From assembly GCA_050246815.1 (NCBI GenBank), contig JBFWVI010000004.1, positions 42,975-106,974 of the forward strand: a stretch of DNA of 64,000 nt, written 5' to 3'. This document shows, piece by piece, positions 30,044-40,590 of the stretch (position 1 is its first letter; every line of letters starts with the position of its first letter). The DNA comes from Bdellovibrionales bacterium. GTDB lineage: Bacteria > Bdellovibrionota > Bdellovibrionia > Bdellovibrionales > UBA1609. The position numbers and the translations under genes are program-made. The notes beneath the pieces were generated by a model. That model searched no databases. It saw only the letters and a list, made by a program, of their open reading frames with translations, and had not been told where the DNA came from.

Positions 30044-30778
30044 ATGAAAAGTGCACTTTTATTGGCTTTGGTTTTCAGCAGTACAGCGTTCGGCCTGACG
30101 GTTAAAGCGACCACTGACAAATATCAATTCAAGGCTGAGGCCATCAAATCAGCCTTCGTCCACAACTCCACCGGCAATGTGCATATTGCCCCTGTGGTTT
30201 CGAAAACCGCCTATGTGATCGTCAATAAAATCAAATGGGGCCCACGCTGTTCGGCCAATATTGACCTGGTTGACGGCCAACTGAAGGTTGAAACCGACGA
30301 CACCGCATGGATTTTGGATCATGAATGTCGCGTCGATTTGATCATCAGTCTGCCCTCGCAAATCCCCTTGCAGATTCGCGCTGGCACCGGCGACATCAAG
30401 GTGATCGCCACCCGTGGCGATGTGGATGTCAAAGTGGGCAGTGGCTTGATTGCCTTAAAAGGCGAAATCAACAACCTCAAAGCGCTCTCTGGCAGCGGCG
30501 ATGTCCGAATGGAGGGCCGCGCGCAAAGCGCCGATATTAAAACCGGCAGTGGCGATATCGAAATGGATTATTCAACCGCTCCTGATAAAGGGCGTTTGGC
30601 ATTAAAAACCGGCAGCGGTGATGTGCAAGTGTTTTTACCCGAATCAACCAAAGTGAAAAGTCAAATTTCGACCGGCAACGGCACGGTGGTCAATGAATTC
30701 AATGCGGCCGAAAACACGGAGCGCCTGGATGTCGATGCCGCATCTGAAACCGGCAACATTCAAATTCGTAAGAAGTAA
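30044..30778 (+). CDS. DUF4097-like beta-strand repeat protein
   Basis: Signal peptide; repeated (K/S)(T/V)GSGD(I/V) units. Confidence 0.85.
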   Translation: MKSALLLALVFSSTAFGLTVKATTDKYQFKAEAIKSAFVHNSTGNVHIAPVVSKTAYVIVNKIKWGPRCSANIDLVDGQLKVETDDTAWILDHECRVDLIISLPSQIPLQIRAGTGDIKVIATRGDVDVKVGSGLIALKGEINNLKALSGSGDVRMEGRAQSADIKTGSGDIEMDYSTAPDKGRLALKTGSGDVQVFLPESTKVKSQISTGNGTVVNEFNAAENTERLDVDAASETGNIQIRKK

Positions 30779-30781
30779 TCT

Positions 30782-31513
30782 TTAAAAGAAAAGTCGCGCG
30801 CCGTAATCAAAACCTTCCCGCTCGGTCTTTTTGATCGAGGAGGTTTTGACGTATTCCATATTCTCTTGAAAATAATCGGCATATATCCGCAAGGGGCCGA
30901 TGTCAAAAAATGCGCCAGCGGTGGTTTTATGGCCACTCAAATCCGTACCGGCGCTTGAGGCGTCCGGAAAATAGTGGCGATAATCCCCATGAATGCCAAA
31001 GAAACTGATCAGATACAAAACCAAAGAGCCTTCGGCGAACTGATTGCTCCATTTTTCCTCGACCGCTTCAGACTGGTCAACCAACTGTCGTAAACCATAT
31101 TTCACCGTTAAGCTGGTGTCCTTGTTCGACGTCCCCAGAAGACGAAAGGCAGCAGCGCCACTGCTGGACACCATGCTCTGATTGGTTTTTTCATACTCAC
31201 CCTCTAGGCCAAAGCGCCAAACATAAAGTGCCAAACGATAGTTTTGCGAATTTTTATCGGTCGTCGCGCTGGCCCCGGCCACACTATCTTCGTTTCGATA
31301 CTTGTAATTCATGTAGCCGCCGTTCGCGTAGCCCTCGAATAGATCTGTTTTGCGTTTATTTTTCACAAGCCACAGATCTTGCAAGCTGATCGCGCGTTTT
31401 TGTGAAAGATAATCAAGCAAGTTCCAGCTGACATTGCCTTGGCTTGAACTTTTACTGGCTGCGAAAAGCGTTGGCGAAAATGATATGAAACAAAGAAAAA
31501 TCAGTACATTCAA
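30782..31513 (-). CDS. Putative outer-membrane beta-barrel protein
   Basis: Signal peptide, alternating aromatic strands, C-terminal YGARLFF. Confidence 0.65.
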   Translation of the reverse strand: MNVLIFLCFISFSPTLFAASKSSSQGNVSWNLLDYLSQKRAISLQDLWLVKNKRKTDLFEGYANGGYMNYKYRNEDSVAGASATTDKNSQNYRLALYVWRFGLEGEYEKTNQSMVSSSGAAAFRLLGTSNKDTSLTVKYGLRQLVDQSEAVEEKWSNQFAEGSLVLYLISFFGIHGDYRHYFPDASSAGTDLSGHKTTAGAFFDIGPLRIYADYFQENMEYVKTSSIKKTEREGFDYGARLFF

Positions 31514-31525
31514 GCATGGACCCCT

Positions 31526-32467
31526 TTAAAAGGCGATCAACAAAAAGGTGGCCAGATTTAAAATGAAGGTCAATGCCGTCGCCAACGGTTTGCGCTCGGC
31601 AATATCTTGCTGAACAGGAGTGATCTCGGGTGAATAATATTCGGTGCCGATTTGTGCCTTGAGTTGATCGTTTAAGGCATAGGCCTCTTTCAGGCGCTTC
31701 AGCTCGCTGGGCACGCGCACCAAAGAAAATTCATTGATCGGAGCGCTTTTGGCATGTCGAGTCAGTTCCGCCACCACCGAGTCCGCCTCGACTGAAATAA
31801 CTTTGGCTTCGGCGTAAATTTCTGGCACGGTTTCAGGCACAAACAACGGCTTCACCGAATCATGATACAGACGCATGATTTGAAGCGTGTCGCCAATCGC
31901 GATATGTGAATTGATTCCCAGATACACCTTGATCAAGGACTTGTCGCCTTGGGAGTAAAGCGCGCTTTGGTTCAACGGATCCACCATCACAAAGCCCTGA
32001 TACGGCACCGACGCGATGAAGTCATATATTAATTTTTTCGCTGCACCAACCAGTTGATCCGAGATCGGCAATGAGGGGTGCAGTTTAAAATCGTGGCTCC
32101 ACAACAAGCGCCCATACTCACCTTCATACACCCGCATGCTCAAAGTGCGATCGCTCAGAAATGTGCTCACCAAGGCGTTGGCATCCAGAAGTTTACCCAG
32201 GATCACAGCATCCGCCGGTTTTAACTCCGAACGGGGTTGATAGACATCCCGCTGCACCAAAAAATTGCGGCTCGCCACCAAAAAGCGTTGGTTTTCAGTC
32301 AAAATTTCGCGGATCTGCCACCAGGCTTCATCGGCCGAAGACGTCAGCTCTTTACTGACTTTAATGGGAAACACGGTTACCCGCCGCACCAATTCGTGCT
32401 CGGATTGCGCTTCGGCCAAAGAAGTCCAAGCCAACGCCAAGCTGATTAAAAAAGATCGCCCCATCAT
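31526..32467 (-). CDS. Exported hypothetical protein with C-terminal hydrophobic anchor
   Basis: Signal peptide (AEA), alpha/beta N-terminal domain, hydrophobic tail. Confidence 0.7.
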   Translation of the reverse strand: MMGRSFLISLALAWTSLAEAQSEHELVRRVTVFPIKVSKELTSSADEAWWQIREILTENQRFLVASRNFLVQRDVYQPRSELKPADAVILGKLLDANALVSTFLSDRTLSMRVYEGEYGRLLWSHDFKLHPSLPISDQLVGAAKKLIYDFIASVPYQGFVMVDPLNQSALYSQGDKSLIKVYLGINSHIAIGDTLQIMRLYHDSVKPLFVPETVPEIYAEAKVISVEADSVVAELTRHAKSAPINEFSLVRVPSELKRLKEAYALNDQLKAQIGTEYYSPEITPVQQDIAERKPLATALTFILNLATFLLIAF

Positions 32468-32565
32468 CACTTGAGCATACTGGCTGGATGCCAAGTCGAA
32501 CAGGCCAGGATCGGCTTTAGCCAACGGCTGCTCCAGACCAAAGTCGGGGCACATCCTGGCCCGAT

Positions 32566-33522
32566 CTAAAGCTTGATGTCTTCTCGGGGAATCGCGATCC
32601 AGGATTCGCTTTTAGGAAAGTCGCGAGGCCTGGGCTCACACTCCCCACGAAATGATAAAACGGCGGTGAATGCGGCGATAAACGCTTCAAAAGCATAGTT
32701 GTTCTCGACCATTGAGCGCGTGTCTTGTTCGTATAAAAAGGCCAGGTTCTCGTCCACCAACCGCGACAAAATAATGCGCCGACTTTCATCACCGCCGATT
32801 GCATGTTTATGAAACATTAAATGTGAGCGCGAAATTTGCAACGCCCGCCCCACTCGCCACACGCTCAGCTTCGGATACACTTCGATGGTGGGTGTCTTGA
32901 GCCGTCGCGACACATAATGAGCCCGCGCCGTCAGCGGGGCCATGTTCGCGCCAAGTGCGTGGGACAAATGAAAGGGTTCTTCGAGTTCCGAAGTCAGATA
33001 GGCTTCGACACATCTTTCGGTGTAAGGAGTAAACGTGCGTTTAGGTTTTCGTTTCTCGTTGAGCTTACGGTAATGTTTCGCCATCCATTGCACTTCTGGT
33101 TCACTACAGGATTCAAACCCCGGGCAAACCAGCTTGCAAGTGATGCATTTGGGCAATTGCAAGGGCACGTCAAAGGCCACCATTTCCAATTTGCCCGGCG
33201 CCTGTGCCAATAGACCGTGTAGTTTTAAATCCGCTGAAATTTCGTCTTCGCTTTTGATCCGCTCAAACAAGCGGCTCAAGAAAATTTTGTTCTGGGCGGG
33301 ATAATACTCAACCATGGCCAAGCAGGTTTTATCGGTTTTCCCGCCAGCCAAAGAGATTCCCGCAAAATGATGCACCTTTAAACCAGCGGTCGCTGATTTT
33401 GCCGGCCAACCGCCGATTTCGGCGCCCGTGGCCCAAGGCGGAATGTGAACTTTGCTACGCGTTGAGCGCTTTACTCGACGACTGGACGGGCGTCGAGAAC
33501 TTGGAATCCTTTTTCTCGACAT
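32566..33522 (-). CDS. DUF429-like (RNase H fold) protein with Cys-rich insert
   Basis: FAGISLAG, AFDVPL, CITCKLVCPG..SC and IEVYP. Start uncertain. Confidence 0.65.
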   Translation of the reverse strand: MSRKRIPSSRRPSSRRVKRSTRSKVHIPPWATGAEIGGWPAKSATAGLKVHHFAGISLAGGKTDKTCLAMVEYYPAQNKIFLSRLFERIKSEDEISADLKLHGLLAQAPGKLEMVAFDVPLQLPKCITCKLVCPGFESCSEPEVQWMAKHYRKLNEKRKPKRTFTPYTERCVEAYLTSELEEPFHLSHALGANMAPLTARAHYVSRRLKTPTIEVYPKLSVWRVGRALQISRSHLMFHKHAIGGDESRRIILSRLVDENLAFLYEQDTRSMVENNYAFEAFIAAFTAVLSFRGECEPRPRDFPKSESWIAIPREDIKL

Positions 33523-34451
33523 GCTTGAATAACCCCGCTTTTTCGTTCGGGCTGACTCCACAGCATGACACAGCCGCCGCCACCCGCACCGCAAATTTTG
33601 ACCGCTTCGGCACCGGCACCAAGAGCGATCTTCTCTAATTCTTCAATTCGGGGCGAAGAAAAGCCAGCAGAAAGCTGTACGCGGGCCGCAAATTCATCCC
33701 TAAAAAGCGGCGCAAGCCGCTGCCAGTCCTGATCTCGGCAGGCCGAAGCCATTTGATCACCAATTTTCTTGATTTCTTGCAAAGCCACCAAGGTGGGTTT
33801 GTGCCCATCGATGACAGCCTTGATCACTTGCCAGTTGTTAAGCCCCGAATGGTGAGGCTGGCCGGTGTAAACCAAAATCATACGAGATGCAAAATAATCC
33901 ACGGGAAATTTCAACCGCTCAAGTTTCGGCCCCTCAGCGGTGTAATGGATGATATTCAAACCAGGTTCAATCGCGGGAAAATAATCCTGCGTTCCGGTCG
34001 GTTTTTTAAGAACCTGAGCCTCTAGGTTATGGGCCAAGGTGACTTTTTCAAGTGTCGAGAGTTTTCGGCCGGTCAAACTTGAAAAAGCCTTGATTAAGCT
34101 GATGCAAAGGCTTGAGCTGCCGCCGAGCCCGCCGCCGATCGGACTCTCGGATCGCGTTCGAAGTGAAAAACCGGATTCCGGCTTCCAATAGCGCACTTGC
34201 GCCCTCACCAGATCGAGCTCGGGGTCCACGCATTCGATCAAACTTTGCGCGTTCTTAAATGTCTTGGTGTACTTCAAATCCTCGATGAAAACCTCGACCT
34301 GCTTGTCGGCCTTTGGCTTTAAATCCACATGAGTGAAAACACTGATCGACAAATTGGTTGTCTGCGCATCGCCAGCAAAGACGTAAAGTGGCCAGCAGTC
34401 CAAGGTCCCGCCTGCCAAATCGACTCGCGTGGGCGAAGAAACCGCACTCAT
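33471..34451 (-). CDS. GHMP family sugar kinase (heptose-phosphate-kinase-like)
   Basis: PTRVDLAGGTLD, PIGGGLGGSS, GTQD and KICGAGGGG. Confidence 0.9.
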   Translation of the reverse strand: MSAVSSPTRVDLAGGTLDCWPLYVFAGDAQTTNLSISVFTHVDLKPKADKQVEVFIEDLKYTKTFKNAQSLIECVDPELDLVRAQVRYWKPESGFSLRTRSESPIGGGLGGSSSLCISLIKAFSSLTGRKLSTLEKVTLAHNLEAQVLKKPTGTQDYFPAIEPGLNIIHYTAEGPKLERLKFPVDYFASRMILVYTGQPHHSGLNNWQVIKAVIDGHKPTLVALQEIKKIGDQMASACRDQDWQRLAPLFRDEFAARVQLSAGFSSPRIEELEKIALGAGAEAVKICGAGGGGCVMLWSQPERKSGVIQACREKGFQVLDARPVVE

Positions 34452-35818
34452 TTTTTCTCACTTTGTTGGGCCGGCAGATCGACCTGAATCAGCTGATCCA
34501 AGGGCAATTTCTGCAGATCGGCGGTTGAAACCGCCAAAACCTCCGGAATAGAACTAACCCGCAAGTAAGTCATACCTTCATTTTGATGGCGGCCGCCTTT
34601 GGGAGTGAAATCTTCGCCCACCTCCACCGCCAGAAGGGGTTTACCTTCACCGTTCAGGAACTCAACCTTCTGTTTGATCGCACCCACTTTTTGCGTGGAG
34701 GGTAAAAAACTTTTGGCTTCTAGATTGCTGATATTTTCAAAAACCTTTTGCAAGTTTTCGCTTTGCACTTTTTGTTCAGGCTTGGCGCCGTCCAACTTCC
34801 AATCTGAGCCTTCTTTTTTAAAGGTCTGAACTTTCTGGCCCGCCTTCACTTGCAGCTGTCTCACCTGCTCCAAATTCATTTTAAATGGCACTCGGCCATC
34901 GCGAACATCCGAGCTGCCGATTTTAAGTTGTCCCGCATCGTGGCCGGACAAACGCAAAATGGCATCGGCCTCCGAAGTCTTCACGTAAGCGGCATTGTCT
35001 TTTTCGGCTGACACCGACGCGGTGAATTCACCCAAAGTGATTTTGGTGACTGGCCTGTCCAAGCCGTACTTTTTAAGCGTGGCCACGTCGGCTTTATTGG
35101 CCACGTAATCAAGCGCGCGGATCTCCTTCAACGCGCTCAAATAGCCATCCACCTTAGTGGCATCGATCAGATGACTTTTGCCCTCTTGGCTCCACTTGCC
35201 TTCTTTTTTCACTAGGACCATTTTTTCTTTCAGATCCGGATGCTGGGTTTCGACAATCAGGCGTTCAATGGCGCCTTGCTTACGCCAAAAACGCTTGTCA
35301 CGAAGCTGGGCCGAACCTTTTTCGGCAATGCGCGCCCAACTCCCACCACCCAAAAACAGTCGGTCATTTAATCTGACATAGTAGCTGCCATCAAAGGCGG
35401 CCTGACTGCTGACCGCAAATTTAACTTTATTGCCATCGCTTTTGGTGAGCTCGGCTTCAAGCCCAGGCTGGTTTAAACCGTACTCGCTCCAATTGTAGCT
35501 GCCGCTCTTGGCTTTGGGCATTTCGGCACCCCTTTCGCTGGCCATCGTATCTAAATGGCTCGCGATGGTTTCGTTTTCTACCGCATCGGCCACGGGCTCG
35601 GTCATTTGCCACTGCCCCTGCACCAATTTTAAAACCACGGTTTCACCAGGGCGCACCAGTCGAACCTCATGGATATCGGCAGCCTTCACGCCAAGGATTT
35701 TTTCTTGCTCAGCTTGCGCCGCCGTCTTTTTTTGCTCTTGAACATAGTCGTAATAGGCATAACCAGCCAAGGCCGCCATCGCGATCGCCAACCCCACCGT
35801 ACTTCGGAAAGATTTCAT
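34448..35818 (-). CDS. DUF4340 domain protein
   Basis: N-terminal TM, repeated YGLxxP units, downstream of the GldG-like gene. Confidence 0.8.
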   Translation of the reverse strand: MKSFRSTVGLAIAMAALAGYAYYDYVQEQKKTAAQAEQEKILGVKAADIHEVRLVRPGETVVLKLVQGQWQMTEPVADAVENETIASHLDTMASERGAEMPKAKSGSYNWSEYGLNQPGLEAELTKSDGNKVKFAVSSQAAFDGSYYVRLNDRLFLGGGSWARIAEKGSAQLRDKRFWRKQGAIERLIVETQHPDLKEKMVLVKKEGKWSQEGKSHLIDATKVDGYLSALKEIRALDYVANKADVATLKKYGLDRPVTKITLGEFTASVSAEKDNAAYVKTSEADAILRLSGHDAGQLKIGSSDVRDGRVPFKMNLEQVRQLQVKAGQKVQTFKKEGSDWKLDGAKPEQKVQSENLQKVFENISNLEAKSFLPSTQKVGAIKQKVEFLNGEGKPLLAVEVGEDFTPKGGRHQNEGMTYLRVSSIPEVLAVSTADLQKLPLDQLIQVDLPAQQSEKK

Positions 35819-35828
35819 CTCGATCTCC

Positions 35829-37388
35829 TTATGCACTTCGGCGACGGAACCAAAACACGCTGCCCGTGATCATCAACAACAAAGGAAGCAGAACACTGAC
35901 CCCCACCATCGCCAACCATGGTCCGGCCGTCAAAACCAATTTCGTGGCTTTGGGCTGTTTGGGTCGAACGCTGATCAAGTCGGTGTCTCCGCTTAAGCTT
36001 GCGATCGAGTTCAAGACAATGTTCATATTGGTGGGCTGCCCGGAGAGTTTATTGGTGACGAAGTCACTGTCACCAAAAACCACCACGGCAAAATCTTTGT
36101 CGCTGATCTTGCCCTCTTTGTCCTTTAATTTGCCTTTGCTGGTGGTCGCCAGTGAATAAGCCCGCAGCTCACCACGCTTGGCATCGTTGCTCAACTCTGA
36201 CAACGTCATGCTGCGTGGGTTGGTACGCAAAATTTCTTGCACCTGAAAGTCGGCCGGTGCGCCCGGGGACTTTCGCACTTCGGTGGCCAAAAACATCAAG
36301 GTGTAGGTGTTGCCGTTGACGAAAGGTTTGGTGATATCGCTGTTTTGGTCAAAATCCAAACCCACAACCGCCTGCGGGCCCAGGCCCTCGACTTGAACTC
36401 CGACGCTAATCACGTATGTGTTGCTGAACTCCACACCCAGGGGCTTTAAAAAACCCGCCAGATTGTGTTTTTCACCCGGATCCGCCAGCACCAATAGCTT
36501 TCCGCCATTGAACAAATAGGTGTTTAAGGCGTTCAATTCGTTGTCGAGCAAAGCCGCTCGTGGACCGGCAATCACAATGGCCGTCGCGTCTGCCGGGATT
36601 TCGGGTGTTTGCAACAGGTTCAACACATCCGTCTTCGCGGCGTATTGCTCAAGCTCACGCTTCAAAGCGCTCAAACCCTCGTCACTGTCATTCATCAAAT
36701 CATGTTCGCCATGGCCCGTCAGAAAGTAGATCTTACTTGTGGATTTTCTCGTGACTTTGACGATCGCCGAGGTAATTTCGGTTTCGCCAAAGGGCATATT
36801 GACCCGTTCGCGCTTGCCTTCGTGTTCGATGAACAAGAAAACTTTGTTGTTGGCCGAATCTTTGTCGGGCAATGCATTCAAGTACTGTTGCGCCTTCAAG
36901 TTTTCGACATAGGTGTCAAAAAATTCCACGTCAACCATGGGCGACGTATCTTCATAAGGTTGCAGGGTTTCTCGCAACGCATTCAAGGCATCACGATTCT
37001 TTTCGCCTCGATAGAAGATAATGAAACCCACTGGCTCCTTTAAGGGCTTTAGCACGTCCACGGTCTGCTGTGACAGCGAGAACAATTTATCCTCAGTTAA
37101 GTCCCAGACTTTATTTTTGCGAACCGCAAGATAATTGATGGTCACCAATATGCCCAAGGCCAGCAAGATCATCGTGCCCATGTTCAATCCATGTTTGGTG
37201 GTGCGCATGGTGAAAAACTCTAAATAAAATTTCGCATCGATGGCAAAGGCCCCAACCAGCGAAACCACACTGAGCACCAAGGGCACATAAAGCGGATTGA
37301 TCCAACCGCCCAGAACGTAACGAACCGCGAACACAATAGCGATCGAAATCCAGGCGACGAAAAATAAGATTTTTCCCAAACGACTCAT
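35829..37388 (-). CDS. GldG-like ABC auxiliary protein
   Basis: WDLT....SLS, IYFLTGHGE, VFGDSDF, C-terminal TM. Confidence 0.88.
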   Translation of the reverse strand: MSRLGKILFFVAWISIAIVFAVRYVLGGWINPLYVPLVLSVVSLVGAFAIDAKFYLEFFTMRTTKHGLNMGTMILLALGILVTINYLAVRKNKVWDLTEDKLFSLSQQTVDVLKPLKEPVGFIIFYRGEKNRDALNALRETLQPYEDTSPMVDVEFFDTYVENLKAQQYLNALPDKDSANNKVFLFIEHEGKRERVNMPFGETEITSAIVKVTRKSTSKIYFLTGHGEHDLMNDSDEGLSALKRELEQYAAKTDVLNLLQTPEIPADATAIVIAGPRAALLDNELNALNTYLFNGGKLLVLADPGEKHNLAGFLKPLGVEFSNTYVISVGVQVEGLGPQAVVGLDFDQNSDITKPFVNGNTYTLMFLATEVRKSPGAPADFQVQEILRTNPRSMTLSELSNDAKRGELRAYSLATTSKGKLKDKEGKISDKDFAVVVFGDSDFVTNKLSGQPTNMNIVLNSIASLSGDTDLISVRPKQPKATKLVLTAGPWLAMVGVSVLLPLLLMITGSVFWFRRRSA

Positions 37389-37391
37389 AAA

Positions 37392-38162
37392 CTACCTCCA
37401 ACGCGAGGATTCAACCACTCGCTGGGTTAAAAAGACAAAAAAGCCGATGCAACTCAACAAAAAGACCAGGCTGCCCACATTGACCACGCCTCGGGCGAAG
37501 TTGGCAAAATGCTGGCCCACTGATAAATGCTCCATCACCGCCACGAACTTCGAACCGTCAAAAAAGCTCGATCCTTGCGATATAAACCACAGACAAAGAT
37601 TCAAAATCCAGCCCAGTACCACGGCCAGCAAAACAGACTCCGTCACCGACGAAGCAAAAACGCCGACGGCTAAATATGTGCCGGTGATCAAGGCAAGCCC
37701 GGCGTAGGCCGTCAGCAACTGCTTCACCGAAAATTCGGCCACAAAACGAGTCAGCAGTGGATACATCAACGAGATTAATGTCAAAGCCAGCCCCACGCCT
37801 AAGGCCGCCAAAAATTTGCCCAAGGCGATGTCCGTGGCCGTCAGTGGCGAGGTCAAAAGCAGGTCATAGGTCCGCATCTTGCGTTCTTCAGCCAACAAAC
37901 GCATGGTGATGGCCGGTGTGATCAATATAAAGAGCAGATTGGTCATGCTGATATGGCTCATGAACACCGTGAAGTGAATATTGCCACCCGCATCTTGGCC
38001 CATCTGCATGGCCGTCATTGCCGAGGTCTCGCTGAACTGCTTGAGTGTACGCAAATAGGAATAACTTAAAAGCAGCGACGAAAATCCCGCCGCCAAAAAA
38101 AACATTGGACTGGTCAAAAGCGAGCGAAGGTCCTTCGCCGCGATGGTTATGGCTCGTTTCAT
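37392..38162 (-). CDS. ABC-2 permease (GldF-like)
   Basis: TMRLLAEERK..T.DLLLTSP and LGKFLA. Confidence 0.9.
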   Translation of the reverse strand: MKRAITIAAKDLRSLLTSPMFFLAAGFSSLLLSYSYLRTLKQFSETSAMTAMQMGQDAGGNIHFTVFMSHISMTNLLFILITPAITMRLLAEERKMRTYDLLLTSPLTATDIALGKFLAALGVGLALTLISLMYPLLTRFVAEFSVKQLLTAYAGLALITGTYLAVGVFASSVTESVLLAVVLGWILNLCLWFISQGSSFFDGSKFVAVMEHLSVGQHFANFARGVVNVGSLVFLLSCIGFFVFLTQRVVESSRWR

Positions 38163-38163
38163 T

Positions 38164-39111
38164 TTAGGCTCCTCCTAAACTTGCTGAAAGCTTGGCGCTT
38201 GATGAGGTCAGACGGATAAAGATTTCTTCCAGATCAAGATCCACGGCCTTTAGCTCCAAGAGTCCCGAACCTTTTTTGACGACATGCTCGGCAATGGCTT
38301 CGACGCTCTCTTCGCTATGGACCACGGTCACAGCCAGTTGCGAGCCCACGCGCTGCACTGCCTGCACGCCGGTCACGGTGGCCAAAGAGCGAATCAGCTC
38401 GTCGTGTCCACGACGAACCTTCAACATCACTTGGCCCGAGCCCGACATGCGCTTGCTTAAAGTTTCCAAAGAATCCTCAGCCACAATTTTGCCGCGGTTG
38501 ATGATGATAATGCGGTCACAGTTCGCCTGCACTTCAGGCAAAATGTGCGTCGACAAAATGATCGTGTGCTGCCCTTTAAGGCTGCGGATAAGATCCCGCA
38601 TCTCGTGCACCTGTTTGGGGTCTAAACCCACCGTTGGCTCGTCTAAAATCAAAACTTCCGGATCGGCCACCAATGCTTGGGCCAAACCCACGCGCTGGCG
38701 ATAACCTTTTGACAAGTTGCCGATCAAGCGAGCACGTACATCGCGTAAATCGGTTTTTTGCATTGCTCGTTCGGCCAGCTCTTTGGCTTGCTGCTTGGTC
38801 TTACCACGAAGCTTCGCCACAAAAACCAAATAGTCTTCCACCAACATGTCGGTATAGACCGGAGGAATCTCAGGCAAATAGCCGATGCGGCTTTTGACCT
38901 CCAAAGGATTTTCAAAAACATCAAAACCGGCCACCCGCACCTCACCCGAGCTTGGCGCCATGTATCCGGTGATAATTTTCATCGTGGTGGACTTGCCCGC
39001 GCCGTTGGGGCCCAAAAACCCCACAACTTCGCCTTTGTTCACCGTGAAAGTTAGATTTTGAATGGCCTGCCGATCGCCATAATTTTTGGTGAGGCTACGC
39101 ACTTCAATCAT
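38164..39111 (-). CDS. ABC ATP-binding protein (GldA-like)
   Basis: GPNGAGKST, LSKGYRQR and ILDEPT. Confidence 0.95.
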   Translation of the reverse strand: MIEVRSLTKNYGDRQAIQNLTFTVNKGEVVGFLGPNGAGKSTTMKIITGYMAPSSGEVRVAGFDVFENPLEVKSRIGYLPEIPPVYTDMLVEDYLVFVAKLRGKTKQQAKELAERAMQKTDLRDVRARLIGNLSKGYRQRVGLAQALVADPEVLILDEPTVGLDPKQVHEMRDLIRSLKGQHTIILSTHILPEVQANCDRIIIINRGKIVAEDSLETLSKRMSGSGQVMLKVRRGHDELIRSLATVTGVQAVQRVGSQLAVTVVHSEESVEAIAEHVVKKGSGLLELKAVDLDLEEIFIRLTSSSAKLSASLGGA

Positions 39112-39222
39112 CGCGGCTCTCCTGTGAAATTGACTTTTAAAAAGTTAACTTACCTAAGGTAATCATCTTCTTAAATCAGTCAAGGGGGTGCTCCATGGCG
39201 CGCCGCAGCCAGGACGATGACA

Positions 39223-40521
39223 TTATGAGAACTTGAAGCCCACGGTGCGATCATGGGTGTAGGTCACGCGGCCTTTTTTGTCGCCACGTACAGGTCTTAC
39301 AAAGCGACACTCGGCAACAATCAGCTCAAAGCGTTCACCTTTGTGTTGACCCGCTTTGTTGCCGAAAGTTTGCTCGACCAAAGCGATGCCGACCTCGCGC
39401 AAAGCCTCGTCGCTGACGACTTTTTGTTTTTCTCGTGAAAGGATCGCGTGACTTCCCGGGTGGTCTCGCAAGTGCAACCACATGTCCCACGCTCTTGCTG
39501 AACGCAGCAAATTCAAATTGTCGGCGCCAGATCGCCCCAGCCGAGCCGTCAGCCCGCCTGCCACATCCACAGTTCGATAGCGTGCCGCGCCCTTCACCGG
39601 TTTTTGCTGACCGCGCTGAACGGTCGCGGTCTTTGCAAACTCTTCGGCCGTCAGACCCTGAACTCGTGCCAGGTCGTCTTGCAAGTGGTTAAGACGCTCT
39701 TCCGTCGAACCTAACTTTCGGCTTAACTCCTTCGCCCGCGTGAAACAGTTTTCAATGTTCCAGGCCAGGCTTCGGCGCTTGTCGACCAGGGCGACATAGT
39801 CATCCGGCACCTGAACACTTTGGTGGCTGACCATCCAGTCGCCGGCGTCGCGCCAACCGCTATTTTTTTTGCTCGAAATTTCAGCCTGCACTTTGTCAAT
39901 GGCGCGGTTTAGACGCGCCAGTTCGGTCTGATGCCGTTTTTCTACGGTCATTTTTTTTTGCTGAGCTTCGTCGGGCCGCGCCTTGGCACCACGGTCAAGG
40001 CGGTTGTCACGCAACACGGCCCACTCCTCAACCAACTCTTGCAGAGATCTGACCACAGGATTTGGCGGCGCGGCCGGCACTTCAGCCGTCACGGGCTCAA
40101 CTTTGTGCCAGGCCACTCTTCTTTTTTCAGCGAAGGCTAAAAAGTTGCCGCCATGGGGCCATAAATACACCTCGATGTGCCTCGACTCACCTTCATCGGC
40201 AGAAAACCGTAAGCGCAAAGCTCGCCCCAGTCGTTCATCACGAGTCACGCTTTGCAGGGCGCGATCGATAAAGTGGGCCCTTAAAAAAAGCGCCAGGGGT
40301 TTAAGCGGTTTTAAATTGCGCTCGGGAACATTGGTCAACGGCAAAAAAAGCGGGCTCCAGCTATGGTTTTCGAACCACAGCCAGGTCAAGCCCTGGCCCC
40401 TGGTCCAGAACCCCAACCCGACACCTGTCGCGCCGACCACGACCTCTTGCAGTCGGCAGCCCAACAATGGCTTCAGTGACGCGGCCAAATTGTCGATCTC
40501 TGGCACATTCAAAGCGCGCAT
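39223..40521 (-). CDS. NFACT/RqcH-like protein
   Basis: N-terminal NFACT-like region, coiled coil, NFACT-R motif GRS..DN...WLHLRDHPGSH. Confidence 0.8.
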   Translation of the reverse strand: MRALNVPEIDNLAASLKPLLGCRLQEVVVGATGVGLGFWTRGQGLTWLWFENHSWSPLFLPLTNVPERNLKPLKPLALFLRAHFIDRALQSVTRDERLGRALRLRFSADEGESRHIEVYLWPHGGNFLAFAEKRRVAWHKVEPVTAEVPAAPPNPVVRSLQELVEEWAVLRDNRLDRGAKARPDEAQQKKMTVEKRHQTELARLNRAIDKVQAEISSKKNSGWRDAGDWMVSHQSVQVPDDYVALVDKRRSLAWNIENCFTRAKELSRKLGSTEERLNHLQDDLARVQGLTAEEFAKTATVQRGQQKPVKGAARYRTVDVAGGLTARLGRSGADNLNLLRSARAWDMWLHLRDHPGSHAILSREKQKVVSDEALREVGIALVEQTFGNKAGQHKGERFELIVAECRFVRPVRGDKKGRVTYTHDRTVGFKFS

Positions 40522-40545
40522 TTGTGATCCTAGTCTTTCGCCGTC

Positions 40546-40573
40546 TCAACCTCTATCGCCATGCAGCCGAATA
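40546..40573 (+). promoter_or_regulatory. Sigma28 (FliA)-like promoter
   Basis: TCAAC-N15-GCCGAATA. Confidence 0.5.
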
Positions 40574-40590
40574 ATAGACAAGTGAAAACA

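Noticed and set aside
39983..40585. 200-aa plus-strand ORF
   Set aside because: Antisense to the NFACT gene, with no protein-like features.
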